Assembly: GCA_039794845.1 (NCBI GenBank)
Contig: JAUQVK010000044.1
Coordinates: 10,458-74,457 of the forward strand
Length of the DNA: 64,000 bases
Origin: Thermostichus sp. DRC_bins_24
GTDB lineage: Bacteria; Cyanobacteriota; Cyanobacteriia; Thermostichales; Thermostichaceae
Reading direction: 5' to 3'
This document shows positions 1 through 8,768 of the stretch, in pieces. The notes beneath the pieces were generated by a model. It ran no database searches. It saw only the letters and a program-made list of their open reading frames with translations, and was not told the origin of the DNA. Positions within the stretch are counted from its first letter, which is position 1; the number at the start of each line of letters is the position of its first letter. The translations under genes were made by a program, and so were the position numbers.

Positions 1-290
1 ACGTTTTCCACCCGCACCACTTCCACCTGACCGTAGGGCTGGTTACGGATGATCAAATCCGCTTTATGCCCGGCCTGAAAGGGCTCTAGCGAGCGGCTGC
101 TGATCCCCCGCACGATCATGTCCACTTCCACCGGCACAGGGGAGCCCCCGCCCACTTGCACCACGCTACCCGCCTGGCGACCCGGGAAGAACAGCACGGC
201 GGCAATGGCCACCACCACCATCACCAGTGCCCCCAAATCCAAGAGGCTGACTTTACCAAACAAGCGGCCCTGCTCGTCGATCACACTCAT
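1..290 (-). CDS. DUF4330-family membrane-anchored protein (5' part; runs off the window start)
   Basis: Manual translation from ATG 290: MSVIDEQGRLFGKVSLLDLGALVMVVVAIAAVLFFPG, matching the DUF4330 N-terminal motif plus a TM helix. Absent from the ORF track because it is truncated. Confidence 0.7.
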   Translation of the reverse strand, partial: MSVIDEQGRLFGKVSLLDLGALVMVVVAIAAVLFFPGRQAGSVVQVGGGSPVPVEVDMIVRGISSRSLEPFQAGHKADLIIRNQPYGQVEVVRVEN

Positions 291-365
291 GTTCGCCTGT
301 CCTCATGCACACCCCTCTGATTCTAGGCAGGTTTACCCCCATCCCCAACCGGATCCTCTGGTGAC

Positions 366-1826
366 CTATGGGATCCAGGCGAGCATGCTACTGGCCAAGG
401 GCAGCTGCCGCCGACTGCCAGGAATCGGCTGGCCCTGTTCCAACTCCACCAACCACACCTGTGAGCTGGCAATGGCTTGTCCGCTACGGCTAAGGGGAGC
501 GGCGGGATCCGGCAGCCCCTGAAAAGGCTCCAGCAGGGTATAGGCCAGGGCGCGCCCATCCGGGGCCAAGCTGAAATCGAGGCCAATCGGATATTCGGCT
601 CCCACCACCTCCGTTTGGCTGCCCTCCTCCCAGTTGATTGCCAGTAGCCGAGGCGACTCGGTGTAGGTTTCGGGGTCGATCTGACTCACCAAACTGTAAA
701 ATACGGGGGCAACGGAAGAAAACGCTCCCACTCCAATCGAGCCTTCTGCAACCAAGATCTCTTGGCTGTTGCCGGTGTTGCTGACGATCCAAAGGCTGCG
801 GGTATAGTCGGGGTTGAAGCGCAGTAGTGCCCCGAAAGCTCCATCCGGTCGAATGGCTAAGGTTTGGCCAAATTGGGCCAGAAAACTCTCTGCCGAAGCC
901 CGCGGATGCAGGGGCACAATGCCCACCCCACGTCCCTGAGAGATCAAAAGGCTGCTCTCATCCGGACTGATGAGAAAATCCCCTCCCACCGCCGTATCCA
1001 ATGTCAAGGGCCGAAAGGGCTCTTGGCGTTCTTTTTGGATCCACAGTTCGGTCTGCACCAACCCGCTCGGGTCTCGTTCTAGGGGCATGCGCTCCGCCAC
1101 CACCAGTTCTCCCGTCGGCGAAACCTGAACCCGCAGATTTTGATACCCCCGATGATCCAGCAGCAGTTGTGAAGTCTGATCTTCGAGATCTAACCGATAC
1201 AGATCCTGGGCTTGAATGCCCGCTTGGGTGGCGAAGTAGTAGACAAACTGGCCATCGGCGCTGGGCTGCATTTGGGTCACCTTCAGCCCCGCCGGCGTAA
1301 GAAGTGTGGTGGATCCCGTCTCCACATTGAACAAAAACAGCCGCCCCGCCTGGCCCGCTTGGCTGCTGACACCCAGCAACTGCCGATCCGGGGTGCGAAA
1401 CTCTCCCTGAAAAGGTCGCGACATTGCTTGGCCCCGCTCATCTTGGGCAGCCTGCAGTTGCACTCGATAGGTTTGGCCGTAGGGCGCAGGTTCCGCTAAG
1501 GTCCAAAAGAAGCGGCGCCCCAATTTACGCATCCGCCCTGGCAGAGGGGGTTGAATCTCCAGGTTGGCCGCAATGCTCTCGGCATCCATGGGGCGGTTGA
1601 AGGTAAGCACCATTTGCAAATCGCGGGATCCCACCCGTTGCTGTTGCCAGTTAAAATCCCGCACGTAAGGAGCCGTGTGGTTCCCCAGCAGAAACAGGAT
1701 CCCCCCGATCACCAAGCTACAGAGGCTGATCCCAGCCACCCACCGATCCAGCGGTTGAGGCAGCCAACGTTCCGGCCAGGATGCACTTGAGGCGGGGATC
1801 CGGTTCATATCATTCACGAGGGACAT
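366..1826 (-). CDS. Membrane-anchored Ig-like (SbsA/Big_5) and TolB-like beta-propeller protein
   Basis: 486-aa ORF; N-terminal TM; LTFNRPMD Ig-like motif; repeated SPDG/SADG propeller motifs; lies next to the TIGR03943 gene. Confidence 0.75.
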   Translation of the reverse strand: MSLVNDMNRIPASSASWPERWLPQPLDRWVAGISLCSLVIGGILFLLGNHTAPYVRDFNWQQQRVGSRDLQMVLTFNRPMDAESIAANLEIQPPLPGRMRKLGRRFFWTLAEPAPYGQTYRVQLQAAQDERGQAMSRPFQGEFRTPDRQLLGVSSQAGQAGRLFLFNVETGSTTLLTPAGLKVTQMQPSADGQFVYYFATQAGIQAQDLYRLDLEDQTSQLLLDHRGYQNLRVQVSPTGELVVAERMPLERDPSGLVQTELWIQKERQEPFRPLTLDTAVGGDFLISPDESSLLISQGRGVGIVPLHPRASAESFLAQFGQTLAIRPDGAFGALLRFNPDYTRSLWIVSNTGNSQEILVAEGSIGVGAFSSVAPVFYSLVSQIDPETYTESPRLLAINWEEGSQTEVVGAEYPIGLDFSLAPDGRALAYTLLEPFQGLPDPAAPLSRSGQAIASSQVWLVELEQGQPIPGSRRQLPLASSMLAWIP

Positions 1827-1919
1827 TTCGGCATCGATTTTAGCGGCCTGGTCGGGTTTATTGGGGAGCTTAAAAGACTCAGCCTTTCGCGCCAGCGTGC
1901 CCTTGGCGCATGGATCCCG

Positions 1920-2741
1920 TTATTCATCCGCATAGGGATTCATCGGCACCGGTATCGGCTCCACTTGCTGGGCGACGATCACCAACCGCGAGGTGCCATC
2001 CACCTGTTCCACCGCCATCCGTCCTTCCAGGCGCAGCCAACTGTCGGCGGCCAGATTGTCAGCATCCGCCCAGTGTACCGGCAGACCCACGGGGTAAGCA
2101 TCGGCGGCGCAACAACTGACCAAAAACCGGGCGATGACAAAATGGTCAGGCCGCTCCTCGGGAATGACAAACCCCTGCACCCGCACCGGCTGGTCTTCGT
2201 AGTTGTAGGGATCCGGATAGACATCCAAAGTCCGCACCCAATCCAGGAGCGTACGCTGGCGCGGATCAATCTTGGGCCGAAAGGCTTGGGGCTGGCTACG
2301 GGATACCCCCAGATAAGGCGATACCCCCCGATTCAAAGCCGTTTGGCTAGACAAAGGCCGCGGCTCGATCCAGAACCCCAAAATCGCCGTTAAGAGCAGC
2401 AAACCTGTCCCTAACCTAGGCCCCAGCAAAGAAGAATGGGTCTCATCGCCCTGGGCGGCTCTGGCTCCCCACCATCGGCCAATCCCCAATCCCAGAAGAC
2501 ACAGCCCCGCCAACAAAGCCACATTCACATAGCTGGGATTGATCAACATCAGCAGGGTGCCCCGCCAACGGTAGAAAATCAGCAGGCCCCCGAGCAAAAT
2601 CAGTCCAGCCGCCTCCCAGTGGGCTGTGCTCCCCCAACGAAATAAGGTCTGGATCCCTCGCCTATCCCTATCCCTCACCGAATCCCATCGCGAAGCTCCG
2701 GTGCGCGCGTATCTGGGGCCAGGCAGACCGTTTTCGGGCAT
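1920..2741 (-). CDS. TIGR03943/DUF1980 family putative permease subunit
   Basis: TM helices; RFLVSCCAADAYPVGLPV motif; C-terminal NPY. Start uncertain. Confidence 0.8.
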   Translation of the reverse strand: MPENGLPGPRYARTGASRWDSVRDRDRRGIQTLFRWGSTAHWEAAGLILLGGLLIFYRWRGTLLMLINPSYVNVALLAGLCLLGLGIGRWWGARAAQGDETHSSLLGPRLGTGLLLLTAILGFWIEPRPLSSQTALNRGVSPYLGVSRSQPQAFRPKIDPRQRTLLDWVRTLDVYPDPYNYEDQPVRVQGFVIPEERPDHFVIARFLVSCCAADAYPVGLPVHWADADNLAADSWLRLEGRMAVEQVDGTSRLVIVAQQVEPIPVPMNPYADE

Positions 2742-2825
2742 GAGTTACAGCTTCTTCACACAACTCTGAACCTAAGTTTAACGAATCCCCGCAGAGCGTA
2801 GGGCTGTGTTTAGGGTGGGGCCGTT

Positions 2826-3311
2826 GTGAGGGTTATTAAGGCTATGACGAAACCAGTGTGCAACCTGTTCCCAAGATTGAGCATCGGTTCCATCCTGCTG
2901 GTGCTCCTCAGCGCCGCTTCACCCACCTGGGCCAGCACGGGATCCCTGCAACAGCCCCTGAACCGGGAACAAGCCCACCAACACTACCGCCTCGCCCTCC
3001 ACTTCTGGGGTCGTCAACAGGGGGCCACCCTTAACGAAGCCCTCTACGCTCAGGGGGCGCAAATTGGCGAACGCTACTGCACCGCCCGCCGGGAAGGCAT
3101 CTCCCATCAAGACTGGATCTCCCAAACCTTGAGTGCCCTCGCCACTGCTCCCAACCTTTCCCTAGCGCAAATGCAGGGAATCGCCCGATTTACGGGGGCG
3201 GCCATCATGGCCTATGCTCCTTACCACTGTCCAGAACAACGTTTACCCTTGAATCAGGCGGAAGTTGAGGTTCCAGAGGTGAAGAACTCTGGGGTGCTCA
3301 CCCGCCCCTGA
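2826..3311 (+). CDS. Hypothetical exported protein
   Basis: 161-aa ORF with signal-peptide-like N-terminus (...SAASPTWA) and two Cys in the mature region. Confidence 0.55.
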   Translation: MRVIKAMTKPVCNLFPRLSIGSILLVLLSAASPTWASTGSLQQPLNREQAHQHYRLALHFWGRQQGATLNEALYAQGAQIGERYCTARREGISHQDWISQTLSALATAPNLSLAQMQGIARFTGAAIMAYAPYHCPEQRLPLNQAEVEVPEVKNSGVLTRP

Positions 3312-3316
3312 GCCCC

Positions 3317-3913
3317 TTGAGGATCCCTGGTTCTATGCCCGCTGCTCCCCTCATGCCTCATCTGTTGGAGAACGAGAGCTTCTACGAAAATGCCCTCTGT
3401 TGGTTGGGGCGCCCCCAAGAGGCCTATCGACTGTTGAGCGAGGCCGTTTTCCCTTCGGTTTCCTCCTGGGTGCGGGGGGAAGTGGAGAGCCACTCCTTCA
3501 ACCATTGGCAGCCGGAGGATGTACGCACCTTCCTCTATCCGGTGGTGGCCATGGGGGAGCAGGAAACCATCGTTTTATCCAGCGAAGCCCTACTCCTCTG
3601 TGGCATCGGCAACTACTACAATCCCTGCGATTTGGCCATTGTCGTGTTTGTACAGCAACCCCAAGAGCTGTTCAGCCAGCTGATGCAGCGGATTCGGCAG
3701 GCAGAAGCCACCATCAGCCGGGGGCCGGATGTGCGCATGCTCTCGGAACAGGTCAACCTGGCCAAGCGGGGGCGCGACTACATCAACACCAAATATTTGG
3801 TCTGGCCCTACGCTCTTTCGGGCGCCGCTCAGGATACTCTAATCAAGCAAGGGATCAGCATTATTCGCCTCTCACCCCAAGATGCCGCCCTGCCCTTTGG
3901 GGAACAGGGATGA
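3317..3913 (+). CDS. Hypothetical protein
   Basis: 198-aa ORF with protein-like composition, fills the gap co-directionally; true start probably a downstream ATG. Confidence 0.55.
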   Translation: MRIPGSMPAAPLMPHLLENESFYENALCWLGRPQEAYRLLSEAVFPSVSSWVRGEVESHSFNHWQPEDVRTFLYPVVAMGEQETIVLSSEALLLCGIGNYYNPCDLAIVVFVQQPQELFSQLMQRIRQAEATISRGPDVRMLSEQVNLAKRGRDYINTKYLVWPYALSGAAQDTLIKQGISIIRLSPQDAALPFGEQG

Positions 3914-3978
3914 TGCCCCTCTGCCTCCTCCCCGGGAGAGAACGGATCCCTTTGTCTTTTCCAACTCTGTAAGGGTTC

Positions 3979-5601
3979 ATGACCGACGCCCGTTTGCCCC
4001 AGTTGATCCAAGCGATGTTGGATCCCGCCTTTTACCCCCATCCGGTGCAGGCCCCGATCCAGCTGATCCAAACCCATATTTCCTACATTCTGTTGACGGG
4101 CGACTATGCTTACAAGGTGAAAAAGCCCCTCGATTTCGGCTTTCTCAATTTCACCACCCTTCCCCAACGGCAGCACTTCTGTCAGGAAGAGTTGCGCATG
4201 AATCAACGGGGTGCCCCCGGCATTTACCTGCAAGTATTGCCCATCACCCAAACCGACGGGCAGTTTCAGCTCAACGGTGCTGGAGCCTGTGTGGAATACA
4301 CCCTGCAAATGCGGCAGTTCCCCCAAGAGAGCCTGTTCAGTAACTTGTTTGAACGGGGAGAACTAACCGCTGCCCTCATGGAGGAATTGGGGCGAGTGGT
4401 CGCCGCTTTTCATGCCCAAACCGACACCAACGACTACATTCGCGGCTTTGGCCAACCGGAACGGGTGCGAGAAGCCTTTGACGAGAACTACCGACAAACC
4501 GAACACTACATCGGCGGGCCGCAAACAGCCCAGTATTTTCAGGAAACCCAGGCTTATACGGATCGGTTTTTTGCCGAGCGGCGGGATCTGTTTCAACAAC
4601 GGCTGGATCAAGACCGCATCCGTGAGTGCCATGGAGATCTCCACCTGCGCAACATTTGCTTCTGGGAAGGGAAAATCTTGCTGTTCGATTGCATCGAGTT
4701 CAACGAGCCCTTCCGCTTTGTCGATGTTATGTACGATGTATCCTACGGGGTGATGGATCTGGATGCCCGCCACCGCCCCGATTTGGGCAATGCTTATTTG
4801 AATACTTACCTGGAAGAAACAGGCGATTGGGAGGGCCTAAAGATTCTGCCCATTTACTTAAATCGTCAGGCCTACGTGCGGGCCAAAGTCACCTCTTTTT
4901 TGCTGGATGATCCCACGGCCTCAGAAGAGGTGAAGACCGAAGCCTTCAACAGTGCCGCTCAGTATTACCGTCTCGCCTGGGAATACACCCGCCCCAAACA
5001 AGGGCAACTGTTCCTGATGTCGGGGTTGTCGGGATCCGGCAAAAGTACGGTTGCCCGTCACTTGGCGCGTCAACAGGGGGCGATCCACATCCGCTCCGAT
5101 GCTGTGCGCAAGCATTTGGCCGGGATCCCGTTGCGGGAACGGGGGGGGCCGGAGGTCTACACCCCCGAGATGACCGCCAAAACCTATGGACGCTTGGTAC
5201 AGCTGGGGCTTGAGTTGGTTCAGGAGGGCTATAGGGTCATTCTCGATGCCAAGTTTGACCGACAGGATCTACGGGCCATCGCCTTAGAACAGGCCCAAAA
5301 CACAGGGATCCCGGTGCGCATTCTTCATTGCTATGCGCCGGAGGTTACCCTGCGAGAACGCCTGCAACACCGGGCCAGCAGCCAAACCCGTCAGGGCTCC
5401 GACTTGCAGACGCAAACCAGTTGGATCGTGGGGGATCAGCGGTATTCTGCCGACATTGCCGATGCCACCGCCGATATGCTCGCCAAACAACAGGCCCACT
5501 GGCAGGATTTTGCCGAGTCGGAACGGTCTTTCGTGACAGCTGTGGATACCAGTCAAGATTGGCAAGCTCAACTTCGACAGATCCAGATCTTAAAATCCTA
5601 G
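3979..5601 (+). CDS. Aminoglycoside-phosphotransferase-like kinase fused to a P-loop (AAA_33/gluconokinase-like) domain
   Basis: QTHIS, ECHGDLHLRNI, LFDCIEFN and Walker A GLSGSGKST. Confidence 0.85.
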   Translation: MTDARLPQLIQAMLDPAFYPHPVQAPIQLIQTHISYILLTGDYAYKVKKPLDFGFLNFTTLPQRQHFCQEELRMNQRGAPGIYLQVLPITQTDGQFQLNGAGACVEYTLQMRQFPQESLFSNLFERGELTAALMEELGRVVAAFHAQTDTNDYIRGFGQPERVREAFDENYRQTEHYIGGPQTAQYFQETQAYTDRFFAERRDLFQQRLDQDRIRECHGDLHLRNICFWEGKILLFDCIEFNEPFRFVDVMYDVSYGVMDLDARHRPDLGNAYLNTYLEETGDWEGLKILPIYLNRQAYVRAKVTSFLLDDPTASEEVKTEAFNSAAQYYRLAWEYTRPKQGQLFLMSGLSGSGKSTVARHLARQQGAIHIRSDAVRKHLAGIPLRERGGPEVYTPEMTAKTYGRLVQLGLELVQEGYRVILDAKFDRQDLRAIALEQAQNTGIPVRILHCYAPEVTLRERLQHRASSQTRQGSDLQTQTSWIVGDQRYSADIADATADMLAKQQAHWQDFAESERSFVTAVDTSQDWQAQLRQIQILKS

Positions 5602-5804
5602 ATCCTGACTTGAACTTACAAAGTCAGGAGAATTGTGAATGATTGAGGTTTATTTTGCCGTTTTCGTGTTAGATAGGGGCAGTTAGACAGAGTAGGAGTT
5701 GGATCCCTTTTCAAGTGAGGCTATGCCTTTGGGGTTGTCCTCCCCTTGTCTCGAATGAATTTCGACTACAGCCTAAAATCTGCCTTGTGCAGGAGAACCC
5801 AACG

Positions 5805-6491
5805 GTGAGCGATGTAACTTCTGATGATTTGCGGTTAATGCTTTTGTTTGAAGGCTTTTCTTCAGAAATTCTGGAGCCGTTGGCCAGCCAGATGTCCCTG
5901 CGCTCCCACCCCATTAACCAGGCGATCCTGCTGCAAAATGACTGGGGCAATGCGGTCTATTTCATCTTGGAAGGTTGGGTGAAGATCCGCACCCATGATC
6001 TGGAAGGTCGAGAGATCACCCTTACCATTCTCGGGCCGGGAGAAGTCTTTGGAGAAATGGCTGCTCTGGACGAAGTGCCTCGCTCGACGGATGTCATGGC
6101 TCTAACTGCCACCAAAGTCGGTTGTTTGTCGGCCCAACATTTTCTGGCGTTCTTGGCTTCGGATCCTCAGGCGGGTATTCGGTTGGCCCAGCTGATGTCC
6201 CGTCGCCTGCGGCAGATCAATCGCCGCCTGCAATTGCGAGAGGCCAGCAGTGTTGCCCGTGTGGCGGATGTGTTGCTGTTTTTGGCGGAGTCTCGGGGCC
6301 GAGTGAGCCGTGCCGGAGTTGAGATCCCCAATTTGCCCCACCGCGAGTTGAGCAGCATGAGTGGCTTGGCGCGAGAAACCGTAACCCGTGTTCTCTCCAA
6401 GCTCGAACAAGAAAATCTAATCCAGCGGGATCGCAACCGAGATATTCTCTGTATTCCCCAGATGGATATGCTGGAGAAGCTGATTGGCTGA
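5805..6491 (+). CDS. Crp/Fnr family transcriptional regulator (cNMP-binding, SyCRP1-like)
   Basis: GEVFGEMAALDEVPRSTDV cNMP pocket; HTH GLARETVTRVLSKL; AGGAG precedes GTG 5805. Confidence 0.88.
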   Translation: MSDVTSDDLRLMLLFEGFSSEILEPLASQMSLRSHPINQAILLQNDWGNAVYFILEGWVKIRTHDLEGREITLTILGPGEVFGEMAALDEVPRSTDVMALTATKVGCLSAQHFLAFLASDPQAGIRLAQLMSRRLRQINRRLQLREASSVARVADVLLFLAESRGRVSRAGVEIPNLPHRELSSMSGLARETVTRVLSKLEQENLIQRDRNRDILCIPQMDMLEKLIG

Positions 6492-6550
6492 ACGCCGCAG
6501 GCTACCAGTTGCCGAAGGTCTTCTCGGCATCGTAAGATAGAAAGCCCAAA

Positions 6551-6623
<73 letters not shown>

Positions 6624-6728
6624 TTTTTGTCAGCCTCCTCACCGCCCGGGACCCTTCTGAACGGGGCTTTTCGGTGGCTTCGGCGGACTGCCGTTGTCTA
6701 TGGTGAGAAAGGGGTTGCAGTTGGATGG

Positions 6729-8015
6729 ATGGTAAAACGCAAGGGGTTTGGAACACCGGCGAGAAAACAGCCGCCCACCTCAGAATGGCTCCGACAGGCG
6801 GCAGCCCAATTCCGACAAGGTCACTGGGCTAAATGTGAGCAGCTCTGCCAAAGGATCCTTGCTGAGTTGGGATCCGCTGTGGGGGAAGGAGAAGCCATAG
6901 CGGTGGCCCAAGCCCAGGCTTTGCTGGGGCGCATCGATGAGGGATCCGGCCACTACCCCGCCGCCATGTTGCACTATCAGCAAGCGATTTTGGCCTGTCC
7001 ACCCGCCGCTCCGGCCTCCTTGGCGGCTGAGGTTCATGCTTTGCTGGCGGGGGTATTGCGGCACACAGGGGAGAAAAAACAGGCGCAAGCCTTGTTTGAG
7101 CAGGCTTTGAACCGGGATCCACATTTGCTGCTGGCTCGGGTGGGGTTGGCGGATCTGCTGCAGGCGCAAGGGGAATTTGAGGCTGCTGTAGAGCACTACT
7201 TGCAGGCTTGGCAGGGATCCCAACAGGAACCGGATATTCCCTATCAGATCGGCATGTGTCTCTGGAAACAGGGACAAGGGGAAGCGGCAAGCGCGTGGTT
7301 TCGGCAGGCGATCTCGTTACAACCGGATCACAGCGATGCCCGCTACATGCTGGCGATTTTGGGGGAGTTGCCCTTGCCCGACAAAACTCCTCCGGCTTGG
7401 GTGATCCGGTTGTTCGACGAATATGCACCCCGGTTTGAACAGCATTTGTTGGAAAAGCTGAACTATCAGGGCCCACAGGCTTTGTTGCAGGGGATCCTGG
7501 CGGTGGCGGCAGCCCAAGGATCGCCCCCTTGGTTTGAGCAGGCGCTGGATTTGGGCTGTGGTACAGGCTTGGTGGGATCCCAGATGCGCCCCTATGTCAA
7601 GCAGTTGTCAGGGGTGGATCTATCCGGTCGCATGGTGGAGCTGTGCCGGCAAAAGGGCCTTTACGATGTGCTGATCCAAGAAGATCTGTTGACCCTGCTG
7701 CACACCACGCAGGCGCGCTACGACCTGATCCTGGCGGCGGATGTGTTCATTTATCTGGGGGATTTGGCCCAGGTTTTTCCCGCCTGTGCTCGGGTGCTCC
7801 ATGCCGGCGGGCTTTTGGCCTTTACCGTCGAGCTGGGATCCACCCCAGGCTATGAGCTGGGATCCACAACAGGGCGCTTCGCACACTCCGAAACCTACGT
7901 GCGTCAACAGGCAAACCGAGCAGGATTGGATCCCGTTTATTGTCAGGAGTTCACCCTACGGCAAGAGGGCGCAACGGGTGTGCCCGGAGTGGTGTGGTGT
8001 TTGCGTCAGCGGTAG
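6729..8015 (+). CDS. TPR-repeat protein with C-terminal SAM-dependent methyltransferase
   Basis: TPR repeats; LFDEYAPRFE; LDLGCGTG; AADVFIYLGDL. Start moved to ATG 6729 to avoid overlapping the tRNA. Confidence 0.85.
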   Translation: MVKRKGFGTPARKQPPTSEWLRQAAAQFRQGHWAKCEQLCQRILAELGSAVGEGEAIAVAQAQALLGRIDEGSGHYPAAMLHYQQAILACPPAAPASLAAEVHALLAGVLRHTGEKKQAQALFEQALNRDPHLLLARVGLADLLQAQGEFEAAVEHYLQAWQGSQQEPDIPYQIGMCLWKQGQGEAASAWFRQAISLQPDHSDARYMLAILGELPLPDKTPPAWVIRLFDEYAPRFEQHLLEKLNYQGPQALLQGILAVAAAQGSPPWFEQALDLGCGTGLVGSQMRPYVKQLSGVDLSGRMVELCRQKGLYDVLIQEDLLTLLHTTQARYDLILAADVFIYLGDLAQVFPACARVLHAGGLLAFTVELGSTPGYELGSTTGRFAHSETYVRQQANRAGLDPVYCQEFTLRQEGATGVPGVVWCLRQR

Positions 8016-8536
8016 CCCCACGCATCCCGCGGTGGATCCGGCTGGCCGGGAGCTTTTTGGGGGATCCCTGCCGAAAAAGTATTGGCTCGATCGGCGGCAG
8101 CCTTGAGTTCGATCAGGGCGGGCATAACCGTGCTCCAATCCAAGTCGGGTCGGTTGAGAAGCTCGCGAATCTGGTTGAGCACCGCTTCTGACTTCAGGGT
8201 TTGGGGTAGGGGAAGCCGTTGCCGATGGGGAGCGCGCTTCACGGCTTCGATGCCCTGGGTGACCAACTTGGAGAGGTCTTGGCTGGCTCGCACCAGGGCC
8301 TTTTCCCGCTGAAAACTCCAACCATTGCGATTGGTGGCGTACATGGGCTGCATGCGATTGAGCACGTAACCGGCCACATCCACAGCGTCAATTTTGTCTC
8401 TTTGGCTGTCGGGCAAGCGACTTAACTGGCGAGTCACCTCCTGCATCACCATCTCTTCGAGGACGTTGACCAACGGGCGGGTGAACTGAGGTTGGGGGCC
8501 AGGCCCTGGCCCACCTTGAGAGGTACGGGAATACAT
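8006..8536 (-). CDS. Late competence development ComFB family protein
   Basis: LVNVLEEMV...DVAGYVLNRMQPMYATN...G, the ComFB signature. Confidence 0.8.
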   Translation of the reverse strand: MYSRTSQGGPGPGPQPQFTRPLVNVLEEMVMQEVTRQLSRLPDSQRDKIDAVDVAGYVLNRMQPMYATNRNGWSFQREKALVRASQDLSKLVTQGIEAVKRAPHRQRLPLPQTLKSEAVLNQIRELLNRPDLDWSTVMPALIELKAAADRANTFSAGIPQKAPGQPDPPRDAWGYR

Positions 8537-8768
8537 CGTCGGTGGCTCACAGAAAGAAGAGAATCAAAACCGGGTTTTCTCGGAAAAAGAGTGTTTCTTG
8601 GCAACCATTCTAAAGGGATCCCTGGCGGTCAGGGTGTAGCCAGGGAAACGAAGCTATCCGGCCAGCTTCACAAGATGTGATGTGTGTGATGGTGATTGTG
8701 ACGGAAGTCAATACACACCGCAAAGGGATCGAGTAGAGTAGGTGCGCTCACCCCATGGCTTGGGTTTT